The notes under the pieces: model-generated
The model's input: the letters and a program-made list of their open reading frames with translations, nothing else
Told to the model about the DNA's origin: nothing
Databases searched by the model: none
Program-made: the position numbers and the translations under genes
Part shown: piece after piece, positions 29,271-39,459 of the stretch
Numbering within the stretch: position 1 is the first letter of the stretch
Layout: each line of letters starts with the position of its first letter
Assembly (NCBI GenBank): GCA_963803145.1
Contig: CAWDLW010000015.1
Location: 288,001 to 352,000 of the forward strand
DNA from: Methanotrichaceae archaeon
GTDB lineage: Archaea > Halobacteriota > Methanosarcinia > Methanotrichales > Methanotrichaceae
Length of the DNA: 64,000 bases
Direction of reading: 5' to 3'

Positions 29271-30131
29271 TTATTTTGGAAGAGTACTATTAAGCTGTGT
29301 GGCGTTGGCTGCTGGAGTTACTGTGGGGGCTACTGCGGGGGTTACTGTCGAGGTAGCATTGCTGGGAAGCGTAACATTCCCGGCAGGCATCTCCTTGTTT
29401 GCAAAGTTGATACCCGTTATGTCCTTATCTGTCAGATTGACAGTATACTTGCCATCAGCTGGCGTAACTATAGCCCATCCCAGGGGCAGAACCTCAGAGA
29501 CAACATACGTTCCCGGGTTCAAATTGCTGAAGGCATAACTCCCGTTGTTGTTAGTCGTAGCATTAGAGATAACTGTGCCCGCAGGCTGCTCGAGGTTGAC
29601 CATCCAGCTGGCTAAGCCCACACCGCTTGTATCATTGGTTACTACGCCCATAATGGCGAATGTAGCTGGCGCAGGTGCTGCTTGTGATGCCGGTGCAGTT
29701 ACATTTTGTGGAACAGCTGTACTTGGCGCCTGGGTTTCGGTAGGTGCCTGGGTTACGGGCGCTGCTTGGGTGGTCGAAGCGGCATTCTTAGCTAGAGATC
29801 CAAGAGCTATAGTTCCGGGCGCTGTCTGCATGCCCTCAGGCGTTGCAGTTGCCCCAGATGCCAGCTTAATGGAATATGGTGCTGCTGCTCCGAGCTTTAT
29901 CGAGTATGGAACATTAGTAACTGTGACCGCTGATGCCGGGGAGACCTCTGATGGTATCATGCCTGGAGTAATATTGTGGGCAGGCGCTCCCATGCTTATC
30001 GAATAATTGACTGGAGTCGACTGGATGGAATATGTCTGGTTAGCCCCTGACTGAATAGTGTACCCCATCACAGGCGATAGAACAATTGCCGCAAACATAA
30101 CAGCTGCGATAATAGCCAAAACTTTTCTCAT
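29271..30131 (-). CDS. Secreted P/T/A-rich surface protein with SdrD-B/CnaB-like domain
   Basis: Signal peptide; TTNNNGSYAFSNLNPGTYVVSE..NFAN. Confidence 0.8.
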   Translation of the reverse strand: MRKVLAIIAAVMFAAIVLSPVMGYTIQSGANQTYSIQSTPVNYSISMGAPAHNITPGMIPSEVSPASAVTVTNVPYSIKLGAAAPYSIKLASGATATPEGMQTAPGTIALGSLAKNAASTTQAAPVTQAPTETQAPSTAVPQNVTAPASQAAPAPATFAIMGVVTNDTSGVGLASWMVNLEQPAGTVISNATTNNNGSYAFSNLNPGTYVVSEVLPLGWAIVTPADGKYTVNLTDKDITGINFANKEMPAGNVTLPSNATSTVTPAVAPTVTPAANATQLNSTLPK

Positions 30132-30286
30132 TGTAAATTACCTCCTATTAATCTAGTGCATCGCATTTATGACTATAGCTTGGGCATCCTCCCATTTGAG
30201 AAGAATTCACCACTTGTCTAGTTATTCTCTATATATATAGACTTTCGTGGTGCAAGGAATTTAATGTTAGGCATTAAATAATGCGC

Positions 30287-31156
30287 TTATATCGATCGAA
30301 TTAAATGAGATCCATCGCATGATACTTTTCGCTGACTGATCAATCCCTCCCTACAGGCAGCAAAGCTCATACCCTCATTAGTGGCTGCCATCTCCATATC
30401 ATGCATTATGCTCTGCCTCAGCTCCCTAGGCAAGTAAAGGCTTCCTCCAATCCGCTCTCCATTCTTAAACAGGTCCTTAAGAGCCTCTGCCTCAATAGGA
30501 AAAGCAGTGGACAGCCTTTTCATGCTATCGGGCCTGGCCTTATAGGTTGAAGAGGTAATGTGCTGAGCCCCGGCGTTAAATGCCTCGGAGACAACATCAT
30601 TAAGCTCCAAATCGTTTATGCCGGGTATGATCGGGTCTACTCTGACGGATACTGGTATTCCATTATCGCTCAGCCTTCTGATTGCCTGAAGCCGCTTGCC
30701 TGGTAAGGGCGCACCTGGTTCGATCTTTCTGGATAGTGTGTCCTTTAGAGTAGTAATTGTAATATTGACAACAGATCTCATGCCCGAAAGCAGATCGATA
30801 TCTTTGCAAACCGTATCGGATTTTGTCACCACTTGAACAGCCATGCATCCAGATCTCAGAACCTGAAGGCAGCCACTTGTAAGCCCAAAATCTTTTTCGG
30901 CTGGTTGATAAGGATCTGTGCTGCCTGATATGGTTATGAGAGTTCCTGGAGCTATTTTGGAGATATCGCGCTCTGGCTGTCTCAATAGGTCCTTCTTTGG
31001 CCTGCACTCGGAAAACCTGGGTATATACGACGATGCATAGCAGTAAAGACAACCGTGTGAGCATCCCGTATAAGGATTCAGACTCAGCTTTGAGGGACAA
31101 GTACAGAGTTGATTCTTCCACGGATCGAATGGCTTGAGGACTGCCATTTTAGTCAA
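30287..31156 (-). CDS. SPL-family radical SAM protein
   Basis: LNPYTGCSHGCLYCYA, TDPYQPAE, IEPGAP, PIIPGIND. Confidence 0.88.
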   Translation of the reverse strand: MTKMAVLKPFDPWKNQLCTCPSKLSLNPYTGCSHGCLYCYASSYIPRFSECRPKKDLLRQPERDISKIAPGTLITISGSTDPYQPAEKDFGLTSGCLQVLRSGCMAVQVVTKSDTVCKDIDLLSGMRSVVNITITTLKDTLSRKIEPGAPLPGKRLQAIRRLSDNGIPVSVRVDPIIPGINDLELNDVVSEAFNAGAQHITSSTYKARPDSMKRLSTAFPIEAEALKDLFKNGERIGGSLYLPRELRQSIMHDMEMAATNEGMSFAACREGLISQRKVSCDGSHLIRSI

Positions 31157-32244
31157 ACTATTTCCTCTGCAGAGGTTATTCCCTCAAATGGAAATGCCTT
31201 TGGAGCTCCAAACAATGATATCATACGCTGTCGCCGCTCAGCATAGCCATTTCCAGTCATATCCTCCCCATCGATATAGAGCAGATCGGATACCACGAGC
31301 GCGGGGTTAATGCTGCTTCGCCTTGAGAAGTGCCTGCGGTTAATGTACCTAACGATCTCGCTCTGGTTCAGCATCCTGCCATCCTGAGAGCCTACAAGGA
31401 TCGATTCGGCAACGAAGTTATGCTTTATCTTAATGTCTCTGAACACGACCGCCAACGCTGGCGTTATATTCTTTAAACGTGCCGTATAGGCGTAGAATTT
31501 GTTCTCTAGGCCATGAATCTGTACTCTAAGCCCCGGATATTTTTGCAAATATGCGTTTCGGGACACTGTATCATCTTGCCTGAGCTGCAAGAGCCTTATG
31601 GGCCTTGGAGGTACTATTGTTATATTATCTAGCCTTCGATTTAAGGCAGCAACTGCTACCATTCCAGTATCTGGCATGAACGAGTATGCTTTTTCAACAG
31701 TTTCACGGCTATAGCCAAATGCTTCCGATATCGCAGAGATCATAGTCCTAGGTCCAAGCCCTATGATAGTGTTGCCCATAACAGCCCGTGAAATATATTT
31801 CCCCTCTAACGGTGATGCTTCTAGAAGAAGCCCTCGCAATATCGCAGCCTTTCTGTAATCGGATCCAGGTCCCGCCTGATCTGAAATGCGCAGAAGACCT
31901 TCGTAGACGGACATGCAGTCCATTGCATCTGAGCTGAGAAGCTTCTGCGATTTTCGCATCAAGGCAACCTCTGTAACCGCGCCTATTTCGCCCATGTTTT
32001 TTCTAAGAACTGTAATGTCCTCTAGAGAGATCTCTGCAAGAACACTGAGCATTATTTCTTGCCCTAGTCCCATCTCTCTCAGCTCCCAGTGAGGCCAGAG
32101 TTTGCCCACCAGCAGCCTAACACATGGATAGAGATCATCCTTTTCCAGATCTGCCAGAAATTTGCAGGTTATACCAGCTTTGTCTCCTCTGGCTGCGCGA
32201 CCTATCTCCTCAAGGACGGATGCTAACCTTCCATAAAGAAGCAT
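31153..32244 (-). CDS. Truncated/degenerate ATP-dependent DNA ligase-like protein
   Basis: Ligase N-terminal DBD (SPLEGKYISR), motif I as QKYPGLRVQIH, DLLYIDG; no OB domain. Confidence 0.75.
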   Translation of the reverse strand: MLLYGRLASVLEEIGRAARGDKAGITCKFLADLEKDDLYPCVRLLVGKLWPHWELREMGLGQEIMLSVLAEISLEDITVLRKNMGEIGAVTEVALMRKSQKLLSSDAMDCMSVYEGLLRISDQAGPGSDYRKAAILRGLLLEASPLEGKYISRAVMGNTIIGLGPRTMISAISEAFGYSRETVEKAYSFMPDTGMVAVAALNRRLDNITIVPPRPIRLLQLRQDDTVSRNAYLQKYPGLRVQIHGLENKFYAYTARLKNITPALAVVFRDIKIKHNFVAESILVGSQDGRMLNQSEIVRYINRRHFSRRSSINPALVVSDLLYIDGEDMTGNGYAERRQRMISLFGAPKAFPFEGITSAEEIV

Positions 32245-32529
32245 TTACCTCTCGATCCTTATCTTCTTAAGCTGAGTAGCATCTTCCACGATCTTCTCGA
32301 CCATAGAATCGAGCTGATCCAGAAATGGCCTTGTGCGCTCTGTGGTCACAGCTCCGGGAGCAGATGCTGCAATAAGCCCCTCCTGCTCCAGCACCCTCAA
32401 AGAGTAACGCACCTTATGGCTGGGAATCTTTGTGCCGTCTGCAAGCTTTAATATTCCTATCGGCTCGTTCTCAACGACATATTTCAGAACGATCAGATGC
32501 CTGCGCAGCATCTCCAGCTCCCCGATCAC
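32245..32529 (-). CDS. Conserved euryarchaeal winged-helix protein; start possibly ATT at 32544
   Basis: RHLIVL..ENEPIGILKL..HKVRYSLRVLEQ. Confidence 0.75.
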   Translation of the reverse strand: MIGELEMLRRHLIVLKYVVENEPIGILKLADGTKIPSHKVRYSLRVLEQEGLIAASAPGAVTTERTRPFLDQLDSMVEKIVEDATQLKKIRIER

Positions 32530-32648
32530 CTTCTCTGCAAGAATAGTATCACATCCGGTTAAGGGCTAAACGAATAATAACCGGATGTTGTCTTTTATAA
32601 CTCCATCGATTGACACGGTACATGCTAGCACGTGCCAAACATAGGCGA

Positions 32649-34106
32649 TCACTGAATGGGCACGCGCACCGCCCGATTCCTTATGCACCCAGGATCATCT
32701 GCCAGCAAGCTGGAGTTATAGTAGTATGCTCTGGCTCTGCAGCCTCCGCAGAAGTTCCTGTAACCGCAATTTCTGCAGTGGCCCGTGAAATTATCTCTGT
32801 CCCTGAGAAGGTTGAACTCACTGCTGTTATCCCAGATCTCCCTGAAGCGATTTTCTCTTATGCTTCCAACTGGAATAGGCATGAAGACGCACGGCACAAC
32901 AATGCCATCAGGCTGGATCCCCGCGTAGATTCTGCCCGCACCACAGCCACCAACGAACTCAGCTAACGTTTTTGCGGCGCATGCACCTCCTGCATAAAAA
33001 TGAGCTGGCGATACCGGCCCACCTTCAACGAGCAGGCATACTCTCGCGTACTGCGGAGCGGTCGACAGTACCTCAATCTTCCTGTGCCTCATCTCGTGAT
33101 AAAGGGTTCTCATGAACTCTTCCCGCTCATCAGGCGTCAGATCCTTTTCCTCGATATCCTTTGCCCTTCCAGTTGGTATGAAGTTGAAAAAGATAACTCT
33201 CATGAGCCCCATGCTTTCCGCCAGGTCCAGAATATCCTCTATTTCATTAAGCGTATCTTTGCTCATGAAAGTGGCCATTCCATTTGCCATCCCCAACTTT
33301 ACAGAGTTCCCTAATGCAGTTATAGCATGCTCCCAGGCTCCAGGCAGGCCTCTGAAATGATCATGCATCTCAGACCTTGCAGAGTCTACTGAGACCTCCA
33401 CATATTGTAGCCCTAGATCCTTAGCCTCATTCAGCTTGTTGATATCTGCAAACGTCCATCCGTTCGTTGCAACAGACGTGAATATTCCTCGTGAAGCCAG
33501 CTCTTTAACGATCCTCTTGAAATGGGGATGGATTGTTGGCTCTCCGCCGCTCAATGCGACTGCAGCGACTCCTGCCTCATCGAGCTGGTTTACAAGATCA
33601 AGCTTCTCCACTAGACTAAGCTCATTGGGAAGCGCCCCTGATGCCTGCTGATAGCAGTGTTCGCACCTGAAGTTGCAGCTGTTTGTGAAGTTCCAGACAA
33701 TTAGAAAAGGAGACGGCAATCTTTGGGGCACTGTTATTCCATATCTCGCTATGCCCTCCAATACCACACAGATGCCCCGTCTGATATGAGGCTCTTTGAG
33801 CACCGCATCCTTAACTAGATCCTCATTGCCGTTGGCCAACATGACTCCAAGCTTCATGAGCATCTTCACAGCCTGGCTCTGGAACCAGAGCTCCGGAGGC
33901 ATATCGAGATCCTCACCTGCGTATGCTCCCAGAGCCCAATATAGGGCTGGAAAAGATTTGTTGTTAATTTCATAACGCTTCAATGCAGTGCTCAATATCG
34001 CCCTAGAGACTGGGTTTCCAAGGGTTCTCTTAAATGCCCATAATGCAGTAGTTATACCGTTATCACTTTCAGCCTTTGACGGCTTGTAGATTCTACCACC
34101 TTCCAA
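32649..34106 (-). CDS. Radical SAM/SPASM domain protein with N-terminal extension
   Basis: CNFRCEHCY, SGGEP, GCGAGR..PCVF, CRNC..CGGCRARAY..DPGC. Confidence 0.9.
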   Translation of the reverse strand: MEGGRIYKPSKAESDNGITTALWAFKRTLGNPVSRAILSTALKRYEINNKSFPALYWALGAYAGEDLDMPPELWFQSQAVKMLMKLGVMLANGNEDLVKDAVLKEPHIRRGICVVLEGIARYGITVPQRLPSPFLIVWNFTNSCNFRCEHCYQQASGALPNELSLVEKLDLVNQLDEAGVAAVALSGGEPTIHPHFKRIVKELASRGIFTSVATNGWTFADINKLNEAKDLGLQYVEVSVDSARSEMHDHFRGLPGAWEHAITALGNSVKLGMANGMATFMSKDTLNEIEDILDLAESMGLMRVIFFNFIPTGRAKDIEEKDLTPDEREEFMRTLYHEMRHRKIEVLSTAPQYARVCLLVEGGPVSPAHFYAGGACAAKTLAEFVGGCGAGRIYAGIQPDGIVVPCVFMPIPVGSIRENRFREIWDNSSEFNLLRDRDNFTGHCRNCGYRNFCGGCRARAYYYNSSLLADDPGCIRNRAVRVPIQ

Positions 34107-34309
34107 TAAGATTTACTAAAGTATATTCCTTTAAAGTGTTTAAAATTTTTGATAAACTATATTTATTAGCGCAAGTATACCTAACGTTCCATCAACTCAA
34201 AAACAGGCTCATGCTATATGGCAATCAGTAGAGTAATCTTACTAAGAATATATCGAACGGTAAAGCAACCTAAAAAGGTCAGGATGGAGATTAAATATGC
34301 TAACTAACC

Positions 34310-35425
34310 CTAATAACGGCTTCTCCTTGGAAGGAAATCTATGCCGTGCTTTGATATGATTCGTTTGTTCGTATCCTTTCCGAGGATTTGGGGAGATGAA
34401 ACACCCGTCACGACCAGCATAGTCCTCAGGGTATTCTCCAGATTAGGGTCTATCTGAGCGCCCCAGATTATCCTTGCATCGGGGTTGATCCTCTGATAAA
34501 CCTCCTCTACGACTGTCTCTGCCTCAGTGACAGTCATATCTGGCCCGCCTACTACATTTACCAGAGCAGATGTTGCCCCTGAGACGTCTACATCAAGTAG
34601 AGGGCTCCTCAATGCCTTAGATACGGAGTCTTTAGCCTTCTCCTCTCCATCGGCCTCGCCCATACCTATCATGGCGACTCCGCCGTTCGTCATGACTGTG
34701 CGCACATCTGCGAAGTCAAGGTTGATCAATCCAGGCCGTGTTATGAGCTCAGCTATTCCCTTCACTGAGCGCATAAGTACATCATCTGCCACCTTGAAGG
34801 CCGCCTGTAGAGGTAGATTCGGAGCAACATCCAGCAGCTTATCATTCGGCACCACAATTACAGTATCTGCCACATCCCTGAGCCTTTTTAGCCCTGCCTC
34901 TGCATTAGCCATCCTAATCGTGCCTTCTGCGCTGAACGGCAAGGTAACTATGGCTATGGTCAGGGCTCCAGCTTCCTTTGCAGCCTCAGCGACAACGGGA
35001 GCAGCACCAGTGCCCGTTCCGCCGCCGAGGCCGCAGGTGACAAAGATCATATCTGCTCCAGCCACGGCAGCTTTGATCTCGTCTATGTTCTCCTGAGCGG
35101 CCTCTTCTCCAATTGCCGGTAGGGAGCCAGCTCCAAGGCCACGTGTTGTGCGTCTTCCTATCAAAAAGCGCCGATCAGCATTTACATGCAGGAGGTGCTG
35201 TGCATCTGTGTTGATTGCAAATAGCTCAGCACCCTGAATGCCGCAGGCTGCAAGCCGATCTATTGTATTGGAGCCGCCTCCTCCGCACCCTATGACCCTT
35301 ATTACAGTAGTCAGTGCTTCAAGGACCTCAACGAGCTCTTCATCGCTTTGGACCGTACTCGATTGCTTTATGCCCTCCGAATCGGGCCTGCCGAGCGCCT
35401 CATCGATGATGTATTTCATCTCCAT
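34310..35425 (-). CDS. ftsZ: Cell division protein FtsZ
   Basis: [26 protein letters not shown]. Confidence 0.97.
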   Translation of the reverse strand: MEMKYIIDEALGRPDSEGIKQSSTVQSDEELVEVLEALTTVIRVIGCGGGGSNTIDRLAACGIQGAELFAINTDAQHLLHVNADRRFLIGRRTTRGLGAGSLPAIGEEAAQENIDEIKAAVAGADMIFVTCGLGGGTGTGAAPVVAEAAKEAGALTIAIVTLPFSAEGTIRMANAEAGLKRLRDVADTVIVVPNDKLLDVAPNLPLQAAFKVADDVLMRSVKGIAELITRPGLINLDFADVRTVMTNGGVAMIGMGEADGEEKAKDSVSKALRSPLLDVDVSGATSALVNVVGGPDMTVTEAETVVEEVYQRINPDARIIWGAQIDPNLENTLRTMLVVTGVSSPQILGKDTNKRIISKHGIDFLPRRSRY

Positions 35426-35683
35426 CCCCTGACTTTTTATGGCTGATTCGATTTTATTAGTATATAGATTTTTTCATAGTTGGATGTGCATATTTAGTAG
35501 AATATTAAATAAGCTACATAAGTAATTGATGGATGAAGCTTAGACAAAAAGCGCCGATCAACCTCGGATAACACAGTTAGCACATTGTTAATATTATTAT
35601 CCAATGAGTTCATCCATCACGATTGATACGACGCATCTAAAGAAACAACGCCTCTAATGAGGCAGAATTTTATCCAAATATAC

Positions 35684-36067
35684 CTAAGACTTTAGCGCCC
35701 TGAGCTTTTCTATCTGCCTCAGGATTATCTCAGATTCCTTAGCCTTCTCCCCCTCCAAATAAGAGATTATCTCGGGCAAGCTTTTGTTCAGCCTGTAAAT
35801 TCTATATGGCCTTCCCTTTCCGGGGTTCTTCTCATCCCTCTCAGAGATCCAGTCCAACTTTCGAATCTCTCTCATGGCTATGCTAACTTCAGGCTGCCTG
35901 AGATCTGAGCCCATCTCGATCTCACGAGATGTAGCCTCATCCACCCCTGCAAGATACGTGAGAACCCTAGCCACGTTTCTTTTGAGTCCCACCTTCATCA
36001 GTATTGATGCAAACTCGTCGCGCTCGATTTTGAAGCCTTGCGCTGCTATCCTGTCCACAGCGGTCAC
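35684..36067 (-). CDS. Archaeal wHTH transcriptional regulator (COG4738-like)
   Basis: SREIEMGSDLRQPEVSIAM..GKGRP. Confidence 0.8.
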   Translation of the reverse strand: MTAVDRIAAQGFKIERDEFASILMKVGLKRNVARVLTYLAGVDEATSREIEMGSDLRQPEVSIAMREIRKLDWISERDEKNPGKGRPYRIYRLNKSLPEIISYLEGEKAKESEIILRQIEKLRALKS

Positions 36068-36219
36068 CAGGCTGGATAACGCTCGGTTACATATATATAA
36101 GTTTCGTCAAAAATAATTGCCTTACGCCTGAAATTCGTAGAGTCTTCCAAATTATTTTTAATTATTGATGTGCAAGTAGCGGCCCGACAAGCTCATCTGG
36201 TGAGAGTCTATCTGTTCCA

Positions 36220-36924
36220 TTGATGAAGATGATATATTTAGAGGATAGCTATCAGAGGGGCTTTGATGCAACTGTACAGTTCGTATCCGGCGATCGTATA
36301 AACCTGGATCAGACTGCCTTTTATCCACAATCAGGAGGTCAGCCATCGGATCTAGGACGGCTGTATAGAGGAGGAGATGTATTCGATATCCTTCATGTCG
36401 AGCCATCGGATGGTCAGGTTGTACATAATTTAAATAAGGAGGGCCTGAGGCCAGGCGACCAAGTCCATGGGGAGATCAACTGGGAAAGACGCTATAAGTT
36501 CATGCGCGGCCACACTGCATGCCATATCCTGAGTGCTGTGATCTTACGCGAAACAAACGCGAAGATAACCGGCAACCAGATAGATTTGGAGCACTCGCGC
36601 GTTGACTTCAGCATGGAAAGCTTCGATAAAGCAAAGATGAACGAATATGTGCAGATGGCCAATCAGATAATAAAAGAGAATAGGCCCGTCAAAACAAGAA
36701 TACAGCCCAAGGCAAATGCAATGGCTATACCGAACCTCATGCGCCTTGCAATGGAGGTGCCCGATAGAGATGAGATAAGGATTGTGGAGATAGAGAATAT
36801 CGATATTCAGGCGTGCGGAGGGACTCATGTGAAAAGCACTGGAGAAATAAAAGAAATAAAGATGATAAAGTCGGAGAACAAGGGGAAATCCAATAGACGG
36901 ATTTACTTCTCGCTGGAGGACTAG
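36220..36924 (+). CDS. alaXM: Alanyl-tRNA editing protein AlaX-M
   Basis: FYPQSGGQPSD, HTACH, CGGTH. Confidence 0.9.
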   Translation: MMKMIYLEDSYQRGFDATVQFVSGDRINLDQTAFYPQSGGQPSDLGRLYRGGDVFDILHVEPSDGQVVHNLNKEGLRPGDQVHGEINWERRYKFMRGHTACHILSAVILRETNAKITGNQIDLEHSRVDFSMESFDKAKMNEYVQMANQIIKENRPVKTRIQPKANAMAIPNLMRLAMEVPDRDEIRIVEIENIDIQACGGTHVKSTGEIKEIKMIKSENKGKSNRRIYFSLED

Positions 36925-36928
36925 AGTC

Positions 36929-37774
36929 ATGCATATAATGGAGCTTCTTGGCAAAACAAAGGTGAAAGTAAAGGATGGATGTATCGCTGAAACCGGTGTG
37001 CCGTTGATAAAATGGTGCCCTCTTTTCGATAAGGTTAGAGGTATAAAGGAGGTCACACCTGAAGCTGCTGCCGGCAATATGAAGTTCAGAATGGACAGGT
37101 ATGGCATGTTCTCCTCTAGAAGGAAGCTCAAGATGGAGGTCTTTGTCGGCTTTGGCGCATCAGAATCAATGATGACAGGCGTAACCCGGGAAATCATAGA
37201 TGCTGCAGTCACGGTCTGCGATGGCGCAGGCACTGTAATAACCGATAACCCCCAGCTTATTCAAGGCATGGGAGGCTATATCTCCGGTCTCACGGAAACA
37301 GAGCCAATACCAGAGGTCATAGCAGGTATCGAGGAGATGGGAGGGCACGTTCTTTCTCCTAATGACGCGTTGATTGACCAGATCGAGGGCGCGAGGTGGG
37401 CAGCATCTAATGGTTTCTCCAAGTTCGCAGTCACTGTGGCTGATGCTGACACTGCAGAGGAGCTTCGCAGGCTCGAGAAGGCCGCATATGTGAGAATAAT
37501 GATAATAGGAGTGCATTTGACTGGCATAAGCCGGGAAGACGCTACTAGGCTTCTAGCCGCTGCCGATATAGTCACTGGCTGTGCATCGCTCCATATTCGA
37601 GAGCTTGCAAAGCCATTAGTTCAGGTCGGGACGGCTGTGCCGTTATTCGGCATGACAAAATGGGGCAAGGAGCTTTTGATTGAGAGGGCAAAGGATGTTG
37701 AGCAGCCACTGCTGATAAATACAATGCCTCTGCCGGTCCTGCCTGAGCACAAACAGCCTAGGCCTCTGGTTTAA
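36929..37774 (+). CDS. Methanogenesis marker protein 8 (DUF2099)
   Basis: HIMELLG, CPLF, FGASE, VCDGAGTV, QGMGG, IDQ. Confidence 0.88.
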   Translation: MHIMELLGKTKVKVKDGCIAETGVPLIKWCPLFDKVRGIKEVTPEAAAGNMKFRMDRYGMFSSRRKLKMEVFVGFGASESMMTGVTREIIDAAVTVCDGAGTVITDNPQLIQGMGGYISGLTETEPIPEVIAGIEEMGGHVLSPNDALIDQIEGARWAASNGFSKFAVTVADADTAEELRRLEKAAYVRIMIIGVHLTGISREDATRLLAAADIVTGCASLHIRELAKPLVQVGTAVPLFGMTKWGKELLIERAKDVEQPLLINTMPLPVLPEHKQPRPLV

Positions 37775-37802
37775 AATTTATAAATTTATAAATTTATATG
37801 CC

Positions 37803-38423
37803 TCACGGGCATGGCAATGTCAGAACCGAGGCATTTCCTGCCTCAATAGTCATCCACATGTTTGTATTTCCCACATAGGTTCCGCCCATGATATATGCAG
37901 GATTAGTGCTTCCGCTCTTTTGTACTCTCGCACCTATCTTGGCAGTTCCCTGAATCTCTGAATGAATGTCATAGACCGATACCTGATCGGTTTGAATGGC
38001 ACTCGTATCCTTGACAAGATCCCTTATATCAGTATAGCTTTCTGAGTAAACGGATCCGACTGCATAATTCTTGGCACAGAGGGCATTCCGCAGGTCACTC
38101 TGAGTCAAAGGAGGAGTATAAGCCTGATTTTGATTCTGATAGGATCCCCACTCGTTAAAGGAGAGCTCATCATTGCCATAGCCGCCATAGACCCCAGCGC
38201 TTATAGTCCTTGAGACGGTCCCGCTGCCTTGGGTGCCCGAAACAAGCTTCTGTCCAGCGAATCCTGGTTCAGTCTGATAGATCCTCTCATCATTCATATA
38301 GCCCTGGTTATAGATCCATGAGTGCTCAGTGATATTCTGAGGAGCTGACACTAGAGCTGTCGAGGATGCTATCGTAAAAGCATAAATGGCAAACGTAAGC
38401 AATAATATGAGCAACCATCTCAT
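37803..38423 (-). CDS. Hypothetical secreted protein
   Basis: Signal peptide; GAGGTG RBS. Confidence 0.7.
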   Translation of the reverse strand: MRWLLILLLTFAIYAFTIASSTALVSAPQNITEHSWIYNQGYMNDERIYQTEPGFAGQKLVSGTQGSGTVSRTISAGVYGGYGNDELSFNEWGSYQNQNQAYTPPLTQSDLRNALCAKNYAVGSVYSESYTDIRDLVKDTSAIQTDQVSVYDIHSEIQGTAKIGARVQKSGSTNPAYIMGGTYVGNTNMWMTIEAGNASVLTLPCP

Positions 38424-38490
38424 GTAGACACCTCTTCCACCCTCAAGGTTTACTTAAAAACGCGATCAGATATAAATTTGATCCTCAGCA

Positions 38491-39345
38491 TTAGGGCTTT
38501 GCCAGTTTCGTTCTTCCTATTTTTCTTATCTCCGCTAGACGCCTATCCAGAGATTCCTTCAGTTCAGTCGAAGGGCCTGCCCCATAGAAGTCAAGCCTGG
38601 CAGCTATCGCAAGCTTCCCTGCCAAAGTGCGCGCTATCCTGCCACGAAGCCTTTTTGGCCCACCAGATATGGAAGGATGTCTAAAGATCAACCCGTGTTT
38701 GGGCGACGGCGCATTTCCCTTTAAATGCTTGAATAGCGACTTTTCTGCTCCCATCACCTGAATGGCACTGGATGGCATCTCTGAAAGACGTTTGAGACTA
38801 CCAGACCTCGAGATTAGCCTTGCGGCCAGAATAGGACCTGCCAGGTTCGAGAGGTTAGGGGCTATATGGGCGGCTGTCTTGGCCACCTCATTCTCGAGAC
38901 CCAATCGAGATTCTCTCAGGCTAAGAATTGCATGTGCCATATCGCCCATGGTTTTATCGTCCTTCAGAGCCTCTGCCAAGTCCTTTCCATGCACGATCTC
39001 ATCTCTATGCAGCCGCGACCATTCGTAGAGCCTCTCGTCCAGTAGATTTACGGACTGGTTCAGATCATCAAGTGCCTCTACCGCCTGAAGAAGATCCTGC
39101 TCAGCTGTTGTAAGTTCCTTCAGCTGCCTGCGAGCGAGGTTTATGGCAAACTCTCTTAAACGCCTGTTATATTCCATATCGCAGCTGGCAAAGCCGCATG
39201 CCTTAGCAAGAGCGCGCAGATCAGGCTGGACTGTTGGGCAGGATAAATGCCCCAAGAGAAAATCCGCTGCATCATCATCGCTTCTGGAGGGTATAAATGA
39301 ACTTGTATCAACATCCAGCTTGCCGAACCACGCCAATATTTCCAT
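38491..39345 (-). CDS. nop5: Nop5/Nop56-family C/D box RNP protein
   Basis: APNL, IQVMGAEKSLF, PKHGLIF, GKLAIAARLD. Confidence 0.9.
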   Translation of the reverse strand: MEILAWFGKLDVDTSSFIPSRSDDDAADFLLGHLSCPTVQPDLRALAKACGFASCDMEYNRRLREFAINLARRQLKELTTAEQDLLQAVEALDDLNQSVNLLDERLYEWSRLHRDEIVHGKDLAEALKDDKTMGDMAHAILSLRESRLGLENEVAKTAAHIAPNLSNLAGPILAARLISRSGSLKRLSEMPSSAIQVMGAEKSLFKHLKGNAPSPKHGLIFRHPSISGGPKRLRGRIARTLAGKLAIAARLDFYGAGPSTELKESLDRRLAEIRKIGRTKLAKP

Positions 39346-39459
39346 TTAACCTCCACTTTGCATTGTTAGATAGATCACTTTCGCCCTGCACAGGTACCTC
39401 TTATATATAACACGATTCTTAGTTATGATCACCTCTTAGAAAATACAGGGGCAGATGGT

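Noticed and set aside
37774-37798. AAATTTAT x3
   Set aside because: Low-complexity spacer between convergent genes, at most a bidirectional terminator
38424-39459. TIGR-Tas-like Nop-domain guide system
   Set aside because: Protein looks like ordinary Nop5 with no nuclease domain, and no periodic box C/D-like array is visible in the flanks
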